A stretch of DNA of 64,000 nucleotides, from contig CAVNZM010000001.1 in NCBI GenBank assembly GCA_963693365.1, forward strand, positions 1,052,054 through 1,116,053, read 5' to 3'. Numbering within the stretch: position 1 is the stretch's first letter; each line of letters starts with the position of its first letter. Both the position numbers and the translations under genes were made by a program. This document shows, piece after piece, positions 1 to 12,180 of the stretch. Below the pieces are notes generated by a model. The model had not been told where the DNA came from. It did not search any database and saw nothing but the letters and a program-made list of their open reading frames with translations. This stretch comes from Amoebidium appalachense (taxonomy: Eukaryota; Protista; Ichthyosporea).

Positions 1-239
1 GTGTACACACACACACAGAACACCACCACCACCTCCACTGGACCCCATTTCCTCGTTGTTTTCTTAAGCCTTCAGACCAGTCCTGTACATTGGAGTTGAA
101 CAATTGAATTCACCTAGGCTGACATGCTTCCACCCCCGCCTTCCACTTCCCTTCTCCCCACCCCCACCCCCACCCCACCCCCACCCCCACCCCGGGGGGG
201 GGGGAGCTCTCGAGCCTCCGGGTAGGGAAGTGGGGTCCG

Positions 240-540
240 TGTAAAATTATATAAGTATTTGGGACGTTAGCAGAGACACAGTGGTGCAGTGTGAAAACAC
301 CACAAACACACAACGAAACACGGAACGATCGGAGCAGTGTACACAACAGACATCAATGTTTAGACACGACTGAACTCAATTTATTTTGATCTCGCATAAA
401 TACCTGAAATTCCCTTAAGTCAAATCCATACATGATTTCCGACTGGTCGGAAATCAGATCTATGTCTAAAATAGCCAATCACAATTAACTGATTATTTCC
501 CGGATATTTCCGGAATATGTAAATACTACGTATTACAACA
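240..540 (-). repeat. Compact (~300 bp) Copia-B-related 3' LTR
   Basis: Reverse complement starts TGTTGTAATACGTAGTATTTACATAT, as in LTR-B (22773), and ends ...AATTTTACA. It shares the U5 half of LTR-B and lacks ~620 bp of its middle. Reverse PPT TCCCCACTT follows at 541. Confidence 0.8.
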
Positions 541-1060
541 TCCCCACTTAAAACTTTGAAGTTTGTGTTATCACATCCCCACTGAACTAGTGAAATCTCC
601 CAACTTGAGAACAGAAACGAAAAAAAATAAATTAAAGTGTGCACTTTTCCGGGGGGGGGGGGGGGGGGGGGGGAGGGGAGGGGGGGGAGGGGGGGGGGGG
701 GGAAGGGGGGGGGGGGGGGGGGAAGGGGGGGGGGGGGGAAGGGGGCGGGGAAGGGGGGGGGGGGGGGGGGGGAAGGGGGGGGGGGAGGAACCGGGGCAAA
801 AAAAACAAAAGAGATGTATAACGTTTATGGTCGGGGTGTGACTAACTGGGTTTGAAACCAGTGAAAGATAGAGTAGAATCGCGATACAGGTCAAACCATA
901 TATAAAAACCCTAAGTGGGCATAACCACAAAGGCAATATACATATGAAATAATGGTGGTGGTAAACTAAGTAGTAATCATTCCAGCCGGGAGGCAGTGTA
1001 GATGCATCTGCTGTCCAGGGCCCCAGCTGTAGTAGAAGACCACACGGGAAGTAAGACGGT

Positions 1061-1203
1061 TCAATCGACAATGTCCGGCACACAAAGTCGGGCACGATGG
1101 GTGACGTGACTCGGGCCAGGGAGGGGCTTGGTGAGGATGTCGGCCAAGTTGTGGGCTGACTCGACGTAATGGACAACAACATCCCCACTGGCAATGTAGT
1201 CTT
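1061..1203 (-). pseudogene. Copia-B-type RNase H C-terminal remnant
   Basis: Minus-strand translation DYIASGDVVVHYVESAHNLADILTKPLPGPSHVTHRARLCVPDIVD* nearly matches the end of ORF 27308-28171. It is bounded by a poly-G tract. Confidence 0.85.
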
Positions 1204-1326
1204 TGGGGGGGGGGGGGGAGGGGGGAAGGGGGGAAGGGGGGTGGGGAGAGGGGGGGGGGGGGAAAGGGGGGGGGGGAAGGGGGGGGGGGGGGGGGGGGGG
1301 AGAGGGAAAAAAAAAACAAAAAAAAC

Positions 1327-1461
1327 CCTGAGTTCAACCGCCTCATCGAAGACTACCACTTCGGTGATAAGATGTTCCCCGACTTCGAGTCCCTGCACAA
1401 CCACATCAAGGGCATCGAGTTACGTCAAGACCTCAAGATGCAACTCCGGAACAACCGTGCC
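1327..1461 (+). pseudogene. Copia-B gag fragment
   Basis: EFNRLIEDYHFGDKMFPDFESLHNHIKGIELRQDLKMQLR matches gag at ~24330-24470. Confidence 0.85.
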
Positions 1462-1553
1462 TGTTGGAATACGTCACCATGTATGACAGCAAGAGCCTTG
1501 AAGTATGTATGTGTCTTAGCTTGTTTGTATTCGTGTCTGCTTTCCTTCTTTGT

Positions 1554-1644
<91 letters not shown>

Positions 1645-2348
1645 TATCTCTCTCTCCCTTGTTTCCGTGAGCACAGATATCTGTAGATCTGTGCACACCT
1701 GGCTCTCTTGCCTGATAAGAACTTATTGTATTTTATTTCTGTTTGCTCTCCTCTGTTTATCTGAGAGGTAGCGTGATTGGCTAGCCACACTCGTTGTCTT
1801 TCCTTTATTTCAAAATGGCTTAGTTTTGTTCTCAAAAGGATGGCTCGCCAATAGTCGCGAGCGAGTACATCTGTAGATCGTGTTGTGCATTCCTGTCTAT
1901 TAATATATGTGTGTTGTGATTGGACAATAGATATATATGGAATTCGGTTTATTGGAAAGTGTCTTCACTTTGAGAGTGTCGACTATTAGGAAATATATGT
2001 ATTTAAATAAGTTTCTTTATAGAGACGAACATAAATGTATATGTGAGTTAATAGTGTCTAGATGTATAATTACTTAATTTATTTAAGTAAGAGTTTCTAA
2101 ACTTTAGTTTAATCGGAAGTTGGATTGCGTATGCTCTGTCGGAATGTGTTTTTCTATCTCGAACTGATAGAACCGATTGGTTCTCCCTCTTTAGTTGTGA
2201 TAAGATGATAAGTCGCAAGTACAAAGGAACCGAGAGCACAATAAAGAATCAGTTGTTGTTTGAATCTTTCAATGTCTCGTGAACAACTCCGATTGCCCTC
2301 TCCATTAATGTGTTAGTCGTGTTTTACATGACACCTCTGTGCACTCTG
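1462..2348 (+). repeat. Copia LTR type C, 3'-truncated by an LTR-A insertion
   Basis: Starts TGTTGGAATACGTCACC and is near-identical to 35166-36055 and to 61114-62094(-). It contains (CT)n and poly-C. Confidence 0.85.
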
Positions 2349-3085
2349 TGTTGTTTTGTGTGGGTAAACGGAGAAGCAGAGAGCACAGATGGGTGTTATG
2401 TTATACACAACACAGAGACACACGGGAGAAACACAACCGGAGAGGTGGAACGATTTCTGGAACCATAGGAAATGAATACGACTGCTTGAGATTTATTTCA
2501 AGATGAAGTCCCTTTTATACTTGGGAATGTGAAAACGATAAACCAATCAAAAGAACGAAAACTCTATTTTCCAATCAGAAAGACGAAAACTATGAGTGTA
2601 AAATATATTGATTAAAATGTCTGTCGACACATAGAATATAAAACTCAACCCTCTAATAAAAGAAACTTCTAATAAAAGCACGGAAACATTTAACAAAATG
2701 AAACCACTTATGTAACTATTAGTTCACAACATACATTTATACATGTTCTTATCATAACACGTCTAAATATAATTATTCCTAATAGTTGGAGAACATAGCA
2801 CAATGCTACGTCGTGAGAAAGGAATGAGAAAGGAATGTAAGTTACTATATTTGGGAAAATACAAACGAGATTTGATTGGATGCCATATATAGATTTTGAC
2901 ACAAACAACAATACGTGTGCGCGAGCTAAGTATGTCGATACGTACACAGATCCAAGATATCGGTGTACACGGAAACAGAAAGAAAAGAAAGAAGGAAGAA
3001 AGGAAAAGGAGACAAACTACAACAACTAATAAACAAATACAAAACTCAACTTCTAAGTCTTGCTGAGAATCAAGTGAAGATGACA
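2349..3085 (-). repeat. Copia-A-type 3' LTR (diverged copy A0)
   Basis: Reverse complement TGTCATCTTCACTTGATTCTC...CAAAACAACA is homologous to 5653-6360. Reverse PPT TCCCCACTC lies at 3086. Confidence 0.9.
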
Positions 3086-3759
3086 TCCCCACTCAAGGGT
3101 TGGAAGTTGGGTTCTCGTGAAGTTTGTTGATGTGACTGTTGATGTTAAGACTCTCACACATGTAGAAGCAGGTGCCGTGAAGTCACAGTCAAGTTTCCCC
3201 ACTCGAGAAGACAATTGGAGAAGACTTGAAGGTGCAAGCCGGGGAAGAAAACCAAAGCGGAAGAAGCACACAACGACGGTTGCCTCTGAAGACTCGGAAG
3301 ATGACGGTATATAAATATATATAGAAGAAAACAACTAGTGTATGTGTGACGTGTTGGTGGCTAATGATTTATACTGGGGACCACCCAGATAAACACAAGG
3401 CATGAACCTCTTGTGGACTGATTTATAGACTGGTGGTCAACCAGTTAAGACACGGGGAATGAGCATCCCGAGGACTAGGTTTAGACTGGCAGTCAACCAG
3501 CACGCCATGGCTATAGATAATTATTTATACTGGGACGCCATCCCAGTTCGACAGATATATAAGTCGAATATAAAAGAAACCCAATATATATGATGGTATA
3601 TAAATAAACGACGGATGGTGGAGAAGAAATCCCCACTGAAGATGCACACACTGAAGATCGATGAAGACAGCAGTAGACTTTCATTGGGAGGTGTCTCTAC
3701 ACGGTGATGTGTAGACCACTGGCCAGGACCCCAACCTACTTGAAGACCACTGTAGATGA

Positions 3760-3803
<44 letters not shown>

Positions 3804-3804
3804 C

Positions 3805-5116
3805 TCAGTCACGAAGACTGAGTGAAGCACGGTGCTGCTCGTGGGAGGGCCCGGGCAGGGGTTGGTGAAGATGTCAGCCACGTTGTCTTTGCTGGACACG
3901 TAGGTGACGACCACATCCCCACTCTTGATGTAGTCCTTCGTGTTGTGGTACCGGACTGCAATGTGTTTGGTCCGGTGCTTGATGCTGTTGGTGTGCAGGA
4001 GGGCAATGGTGGACTGGTTGTCACAGTAGACGGGGGTGGGGTCGGTCATCGGATAGCCGAGTTCACGGAGGAGATCACGGTGCCAGATGACGTTTTGAAC
4101 AGCAGCATTGATGGCCAGAAGCTCAGCCTCGGTGGTGGATGTTGCCGTGATGGACTGCAGCTTCGAATACCATGTGATGGGTATGCCCTTGAAGAAGATG
4201 ACGTATCCGGTGGTTGAACGACGGGTGTTGGGGCAGTTAGCAAAGTCAGCATCAGAATAACATTCCAGCAAGGGGGTGTTGTCGTCGGATGCAGACTTGT
4301 CGTAGTGAAGGCCGAGGTTGGATGTGCCGATGAGGTACCGAACTACACGGAGTAGACATTCCCATGCAAGTTTGGTGGGGTGGGCACTGAATCTACCGAG
4401 GTAGCCGATGGCAAAGGAGATGTCGGGCCGGGAACAACGAGCAACCCACAAAAGACGGCCGAGTAGTTCACGGTAGGGAACCTTGATGGGTGGTGGGTCG
4501 TTCTCGTTGATGGTGATGACGGTGCCGACGGGAATGGGAGTAGCCTTGGGGTGGGCATCGTTGAGGTTGAAGTCTCTGACTGACGATGTCGTTGATGTAG
4601 GACTGTTGAAGCAGCTTGAGGTGACCGGGGGTGTGGATGAGCTGTGTGCCAAGGAAGATGTCGGGGAGGTCAACCTTGCAGAGAGCTGACTTCATGATGT
4701 GGTCTACTAGATCCTTGGTGTGGGAAGAGTTTGCCGTTCAGATGATGATGACGTCGTCCACATAGTTGCCAGTGAGAATGATGTCACCGTTGGGGAAGGT
4801 CTTGATGTAGACACATGGATCTGAACGGAGACGTTCAAGACCGTGAGCAAGGAGGACCTTGTCGAAGTAATTATACCAGGCCAGTGATGCTTGCTTGAGG
4901 CCGTAGAGTGCCTTCTTAAGTTTCCAGACCTTGTGCTCGTTGCCGGGGGTGATGAAGCCAGGTGGTGGCTCAATGTAAATGTCTTCTTGAAGAGGACTGT
5001 TGAGGAAGGCAGTTGAGACGTCGAGTTGATGAATCTTATGGTTGTCGTCCACACCGATGGCAAGGAGGGCACGGACGGAGGAGGACATCACCACGGGGGA
5101 AGAGGTGTCACCGTAA
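3805..5116 (-). pseudogene. Copia-A0 reverse transcriptase/RNase H, frameshifted and 5'-truncated
   Basis: Motifs HQLDVSTAFLN, LKKALYGLKQA, YVDD, RPDISFA, YSDADFA, SKLQ and ADIFT are spread over the split ORFs 4738-5247 and 3681-4673. Confidence 0.92.
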
Positions 5117-5652
5117 GCTCGTGCATTCTTTGAGAGGGAATATCGGGTCTTTGAAGACCTTTGTGAGTTAGCTGGTGACGTGAGTGATAGGGAAAAATTC
5201 GAGTTTGCTCGTAAGGCTCTCTCTGTAAACACAGACACTGCACGCATGTTTGGGGAGCATGATGATGTAGATGAGGTGGTGTTGCATGTTAAACGTCACT
5301 TGCTTGCCATGCACGAGGTGAAGTTCAATAAGAGGGATAAAAAGGAGGTGATGGAAGTAGACAAGAAAAAGAAGGAGAGTGGACAGAAGGGGGAAAAAGA
5401 GAAAAAAGAGGGTGAACAGCCAGATGCACTCACCATGTTGGTCAAGCAGGTTGCCGAGCTCTCCCAGGCCGTTTTTTCTGGCCGAGGGGGCTTCGGCTTC
5501 CGGGGTGGCCGTGGCGGCGACCGGGGTGGACACGGCGGTCGTGGCCGAGGTGGACGTGGAGGACAACAGCAGCAGTTCACCGAGAGGTTTGCCCCTTATC
5601 TTGCTCGTGGTGGTGGGCAGGGTAGAGGGAGGGGTGGAAATGGTGGTGAGAG
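5117..5652 (+). pseudogene. Gypsy gag, left part
   Basis: ORF 5180-5668 has an RGG-rich nucleocapsid-like region and is cut by Copia-A1. It resumes at 11398. Confidence 0.7.
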
Positions 5653-8600
5653 TGTCATCTTCACTTAATTCTCAGCAAGACTTAGAAGTTGAGTTTGGTA
5701 TTTATTTATTAGTTGTTGTAGTTTGTTTCCTTTTCCTTTCTTCATTTCTTTCTTTCTTTTCCGTTTCCGTGTACACGACATCTTAGATCTGTGTACGTAT
5801 CGACATACTTAGCTCGCGCACACGTATTGTCGTTTGCGTCAAAATCTATATATGTCATCCAATCATATCTCGTTTGTATTTTCCCAAATATAGTAACTTA
5901 CATTCCTTTCTCATTCCTTTCCCACGACGTAGCATTGTGCTATGTTCTTCAACTATTAGGAAAAATTATATTTAGACGTGTTATGATAAGAACATGTATA
6001 AATATATGTTATGAATTAATAGTTACATAAGTGGTTTCATTTTATTAAATGTTTCCGTGCTTTTATTAGAAGTTTCTTTCATTAGAGGATTGAGTTTTAT
6101 ATTCTAAATGTCGACAGACATTTTATTCGATATATTTTACACTCATAGTTTTCATTCTTTTGATTGGTTTATCGTTTCACATTCCCAAGTATAAAAGGGA
6201 CCTCATCTTGAAATAAATCACAAGCAGTCGTATTCACTTCCTATGGTTCCAGAAATCGTTCCTCCTCTCCGGTTGTGTTTTTCCCGTGTGTCTTTGTGTT
6301 GTGTTTTACATAACACCCATCTGTGCTCTCTGCTTCTCCGTTTACCCACACAAAATAACAGGTTTACGGCCCCTTTGCACGCTAACACACAATCTCGCTA
6401 CAACCGCGAAAATCTCTCAGTCTTACTGCTTCAATCATGACTGACAAACCGTCGTATATCAACCTTCCAATATGGAATCCGTCCGAGAAACGAGACGAGA
6501 AACGTCTTAATTATTTCGAGTGGGAGCCACTCATTCACCGGTTCATTAGAACCACCATTGCCGAGAAATTCGTTGACGCTATCAAGAGGCCACAGTGGGT
6601 TGACGGCGCTGAAGCCAACCAGTGGCTAGGCTACACCACCAAGGACTCCTACAAGAAAGCTTCCGACGTCCTCGACCAGATCCTCAACCAGTCCGTCCAC
6701 CCGACCGAGCTCTACGACTCCGGCCGGATGCAAGACGGTGTCCACGGTGGTGAAGTCTTCCACAACCTACGTATGGCGTATGTAGCAGAGAAGGAGGCCC
6801 GAGTCACCCAGATTCAAGTCACCTTCGAGGAGCTTGAACTACGAGACTACCCCAACGTCACAGCATACCTCACCCGTCTCCAACGTCTGGCTACGACACT
6901 TGCCTGCCTCGACGAACCCGTCCAGCACAAGGATGTCGTACGTAAGTTCTTCCTCCACATCCGGAAGAACACAGCCCTGGTCTGCCCCGACATTGAACGT
7001 CTCTGCTCCGACTACTGGATGAACAACAAGGCCTACCCGTCCTTCAACATGCTCATCAGTGACATCCGAGGAGCTGAAATCCGTGCCGGCCTCATCGACG
7101 CAGGCACAGGTGCAACCGTCAACAACCGTCCCCTCCGTGCACTCCAGAGCAGAGTGCTTCCCCCCGGTGACCTCCGTAACCGTATTCCTCGACGTGAGCA
7201 TACACCTCACCGTTCCCCGTCCCGTTCCCGTGATCCTCGTCCTCCCTCCAAGTCACCCGGCCCCCGTTCAACTTCCCCTTACCACCGTGGTAACAGGGAC
7301 AACCGTAACCGACAGCACAACACCAACAGTGTGAAGTGTTCCTACTGCCATGAGCCCCACCACATCACAGCATGCCCGGAGCCTGGCTGCACAGTTGCTC
7401 GTCGTGCCAAGCAGGAGAAAGGTGACAAGAGTGTGAAATTTGCACTCATCTCCTCCACCGGCACACCTGACAGTAACGACCCCGTCTGGGACAGTGCTTG
7501 TAATGCACACATCTGCCCCATCAAGGAGTATTTCTCCTCCCTTACCCCGTGTCCTCCCACCCCCATTCACGGCCTCGGCACAGTCAATGCCAAACAACGT
7601 GGCATCATCAACATGACACTGCACTACAACGGCCACCCAACACCGTGCAGCATCAATGCTTACTACGTACCCGAGGCACCGTCTTTCCTCGTGTCTACCT
7701 CCATGGCATCAGCTGCCGGCCTCCTAGGTCATTGTGACGATACAGACAACCACCCGTCGTTCCTCTACAGCCGTAATGGTGACATTATTACAGATCTCAC
7801 CCCCCTCGACGGTCTCTACTACATCACTGACTATGTGATTGAGACTCCTAAACACCCGGGGGTCCAAGCCTACACAGCAAGGACTCAACCACCCGACGAC
7901 CTCACCCTTTGGCACAACCGTCTCGGCCACCGTGCCCTCTCCACCGTCACCAGGATGGCCAAGGATGAGCTTGTCATCGGCATGCCCCCCTCCCTCAAGT
8001 CACCCGACAACAGTGACTGCTTCGGCTGCATGTCTGGCAAGACCACCAAGGCCCCCTTTCCCGGCACCCGTTCCAAGTTCACCATTCCCGGTGCTAAGTG
8101 GCACCTGGACTTCTTCGAAGCTCCCTGTGCTTCCTACGGAGGCTACAAGGTTGCTCTGGTGTGTGTTTGTGATGCCACCGGTTACACCACCGTGTTCCCC
8201 CTTTACAACCGTGGTGAAACCCTCAGCCACATTCAGTCTCTCGTTGAAACCATCGAACGTCAGACACCTGAGATCGTCACCCATCTTCGGTTTGACTCCG
8301 GCTCTGAGTTCACCTCCAAGGACACCGAGGCCTACTGCAAGCAGAAAGGCATCATCATGGAGTTTGCCCCCGTCGACACACCACAACACAATGGTGTTGT
8401 TGAACGGAAGATGAGAGAACTGCAAGAGACAGTCCGTTGCTTCCTCCATGCCGACAAGGACCAACCTCTCTCTCCCAAGTTGTGGGTTGCTGCTCTCAAG
8501 CATACAAGCTACATCATCAACGTCACACCGTCATCTACTGCCAACGGCAACACTCCCTTCGAGGCCTTCCACGGCTTCAAACCCGACGTCTCCCAGCTCC

Positions 8601-11397
8601 ACGTGTTCGGCTCCCCTGCCTATGTCCATGTTCCCCGGTCAAAGAGGAACAAGCTGGCATCAACCGTCAGAGTCGGCACCTACGTCGGCTGGGACCTACC
8701 CTCCAAGGCACACAAGATCCTCGACCTTGCCAGCAACCAAATCAAGATCTGCCGTGATGTGATCTTCGACGAGTCGAAATTCACGGGCAGCACCAATCAG
8801 GTCTCCGTTCCCCCCAAACCCGATCTGCCGACATTGGACCCCCCCTCCGACGACGACGATGAAACTCCGTCTGTGGTCATCTCCCAACCGTCCTGGCACA
8901 ACCAACCAGCCCCGGTTGTACCCGTGCCTCCCCCGAGCCCCCCCCCCCCACTGGCCAACAACCCTTGCTGCCGGCCCCCCCCGTTGCTGTGCATCAACCC
9001 GGCTACATGACTCCGGTTCGTCCTGGGTCCCCCACCTTCCACTCGGCCACGAGCAGCCCTGTGGACACCGATGCCCCCCTCACCACCGGTCCTATTCCTG
9101 GCTTCCATGCCCCTATCCCGGCCTCCACCACCTACCCGGCCACCACCCCCCTCAAGGACCCCCCCAAGCCCAACCTTCGTCGGTCTACACGTCTCACCAA
9201 GACTCCAACGGCACTGGTCAGCATCGTAGCACCGACCATCAACATTGACCAGCTCCCCAAGGGCATTCAAAAGCTTTGCAACGGTCCCAACGGTGATGCC
9301 GTCATAGCTGCCCTCACCTCCGAGTACCAAGCCTTCATCACCAAGGATGTCTTCACCATTGTTGATCCCCCCCTGGTGCCAACATCATCAAGTTCAAGTG
9401 GATTGTGACTGAGAAAGTCCTCAACTCAGCCGGTGACACCAAGATCAAAGCTCGTGGTGTTGCAAAGGGCTTCACTCAAGTCTACGGTGTTGACTACGGT
9501 GACACCTCTTCCCCCGTGGTGATGTCCTCCTCCGTCCGTGCCCTCCTTGCCATCGGCTACCTCGGTAGATTCAGTGCCAACCCCACCAAACTTGCATGGG
9601 AATGTCTACTCCGTGTAGTTCGGTACCTCATCGGCACTTCCAACCTCGGCCTTCACTACGACAAGTCTACTTCCGACGACAACACCCCCTTGCTGGAGTG
9701 TTATTCTGATGCTGACTTTGCCAACTGCCCCAACACCCGTCGTTCAACCACCGGATACGTCATCTTCTTCAAGGGCATACCCATCACATGGTATTCGAAG
9801 CTGCAGTCCATCACGGCAACATCCACCACCGAGGCTGAGCTTCTGGCCATCAATGCTGCTGTTCAAAACGTCATCTGGCACCGTGATCTCCTCCGTGAAC
9901 TCGGCTACCCGATGACCGACCCCACCCCCGTCTACTGTGACAACCAGTCCACCATTGCCCTCCTGCACACCAACAGCATCAAGCACCGGACCAAACACAT
10001 TGCAGTCCGTTACCACAACACGAAGGACTACATCAAGAGTGGGGATGTGGTCGTCACCTACGTGTCCAGCAAAGACAACGTGGCTGACATCTTCACCAAG
10101 CCCCTGCCCGGGCCCTCCCACGAGCAACACCGTGATTCACTCAGTCTTCGTGACTGAGTGTGCCCCCCCCCCCCCCCCCTCCCCCCCCCCCCCCCCCCCC
10201 CCCCCGGTTCATCTACAGTGGTCTTCAAGTAGGTTGGGGCCCTGGCCAGTGGTCTACACATCACCGTGTAGAGACACCTCCCAACGAAAGTCTACTGCTG
10301 TCTTCATCGATCTTCAGTGTGTGCATCTTCAGTGGGGATTTCTTCTCCACCATCCGTCGTTTATTTATATACCACCATATATATAATGTATTTATCATTA
10401 GCCACCAACACGTCACACATACACTAGTTGTTTCTTCTATATATATTTATATATCACGTCATTGGCTACCGTCATCTTCCGAGTCTTCAGAGGCAACCGT
10501 CGTTGTGTGCTTCTTCCGTTTTGGTTTTCTTCCCCGGCTTACACCTTCAAGTCTTCTCCATTGTCTTCTCGAGTGGGGAAACTTGACTGTGACTTCACGG
10601 CACCTACTTCTACATGTGTGAAAGTCTTAACATCAACAGTCACATCAACAAACTTCACGAGAACCCAACTTCCAACCCTTGAGTGGGGATGTCATCTTCA
10701 CTTAATTCTCAGCAAGACTTAGAAGTTGAGTTTGGTATTTATTTATTAGTTGTTGTAGTTTGTTTCCTTTTCCTTTCTTCATTTCTTTCTTTCTTTTCCG
10801 TTTCCGTGTACACGACATCTTAGATCTGTGTACGTATCGACATACTTAGCTCGCGCACACGTATTGTCGTTTGCGTCAAAATCTATATATGTCATCCAAT
10901 CATATCTCGTTTGTATTTTCCCAAATATAGTAACTTACATTCCTTTCTCATTCCTTTCCCACGACGTAGCATTGTGCTATGTTCTTCAACTATTAGGAAA
11001 AATTATATTTAGACGTGTTATGATAAGAACATGTATAAATATATGTTATGAATTAATAGTTACATAAGTGGTTTCATTTTATTAAATGTTTCCGTGCTTT
11101 TATTAGAAGTTTCTTTCATTAGAGGATTGAGTTTTATATTCTAAATGTCGACAGACATTTTATTCGATATATTTTACACTCATAGTTTTCATTCTTTTGA
11201 TTGGTTTATCGTTTCACATTCCCAAGTATAAAAGGGACCTCATCTTGAAATAAATCACAAGCAGTCGTATTCACTTCCTATGGTTCCAGAAATCGTTCCT
11301 CCTCTCCGGTTGTGTTTTTCCCGTGTGTCTTTGTGTTGTGTTTTACATAACACCCATCTGTGCTCTCTGCTTCTCCGTTTACCCACACAAAATAACA
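5653..11397 (+). mobile_element. Copia-A1 LTR retrotransposon, RT-core deleted
   Basis: 708-bp LTRs 5653-6360 and 10690-11397 (TG...CA, apparently identical), 5-bp TSD GAGAG, PBS at 6361, PPT GAGTGGGGA at 10681. Confidence 0.97.
6437..10157 (+). CDS. Copia-A1 gag-pol (Gag, CCHC knuckle, PR, GAG-pre-integrase, integrase, partial RT, RNase H), split at two poly-C indels
   Basis: Motifs CSYCHEPHHITAC, VWDSAC, WHNRLGH, RFDSGSEF and NGVVER. It is otherwise near-identical to the single ORF 44255-47974, with breaks at C-runs near 8940 and 9370. Confidence 0.9.
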
Positions 11398-11592
11398 GAG
11401 AGAGGCCGAGGGGGGCAGGGGGGAAGGGGGGGCCGTGGTGCACACGGTGGGCCCCCCCAGCATGACCGGGCTCCCGGTTATGCTTTGCGCCAAGGTTTTG
11501 AAGTCCCCCCTGGCCCCTTCTTTGGTGCATGTTACTTTTGTGGCCGGCAAGGGCACTCTGCTGCATATTGCCGTAGTTACAAGAGCTATTGA
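11398..11592 (+). pseudogene. Gypsy gag, right part with zinc knuckle
   Basis: CYFCGRQGHSAAYC (CX2CX4HX4C) lies just after the TSD. Confidence 0.8.
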
Positions 11593-12180
11593 GTTCCGGG
11601 GGAGGGGGAAGCTGGGGTCACTGAGGGAGGGGGGGGGGACAGTATCGGTCCCCCCCAGGGTGCAGAGAACCTTCACCCCTCCCCCCACCCCAGGTTAAGC
11701 TTCCCTTTGCCCCCTCACCGCCCCGATACGTGTGGGAGCCGGGCATCGTCGTGGGTCCTCAAGACAGCGTCGAGGTGGTATGGCATGAATGTTTGTGGGG
11801 TGACTCTACCAAAGGTATGAATGGTGTGAATGTTTTGTGGTTGGGGGAGGTTCCTCAGCCACACGTGGATGGTCTCCGTGTTTCTTGTCCCAACCCGGTG
11901 TTTGTTCTAACCACACCGGAGGGGGTTTCTGTGCCATTGTTCCCGGGAGGGTGGGGGACACACACGAGTAAAGGGGGAAGGGGGGGGAAGGCACAGACAC
12001 GTAGAAACACACCACCACAACAACATACGACGGTTGCCGACACACCTACACCCACACACACACCCACACATACACCAAACACACACACACCACCCACCCA
12101 CACACCACACACACACACTCCACCACCCCCCACATCACATTCACACCCCCACCCCACCCGTGCAGGCACCACAGGTAGGT

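Noticed and set aside
563-1835. Gly/Pro/ER-rich ORFs (also 33946-36692 and 61706-62450)
   Set aside because: These are translations of homopolymers and dinucleotide repeats.
3365-3550. CRISPR array
   Set aside because: The units are too divergent and irregular, the context is a eukaryotic retroelement, and there are no cas genes.
6839-8503. Antisense ORFs over Copia pol (also over B copies)
   Set aside because: These are shadow frames from C-ending codon bias and carry no protein motifs.
8935-9375. Programmed frameshifts in Copia-A1
   Set aside because: They are single-base C-run differences absent from the near-identical A2, so slippage or sequencing error is likelier.
10160-10722. env-like or extra ORF after Copia pol
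   Set aside because: The ORFs are short, begin in poly-C with a non-ATG start, and are not conserved in length in copy A0.
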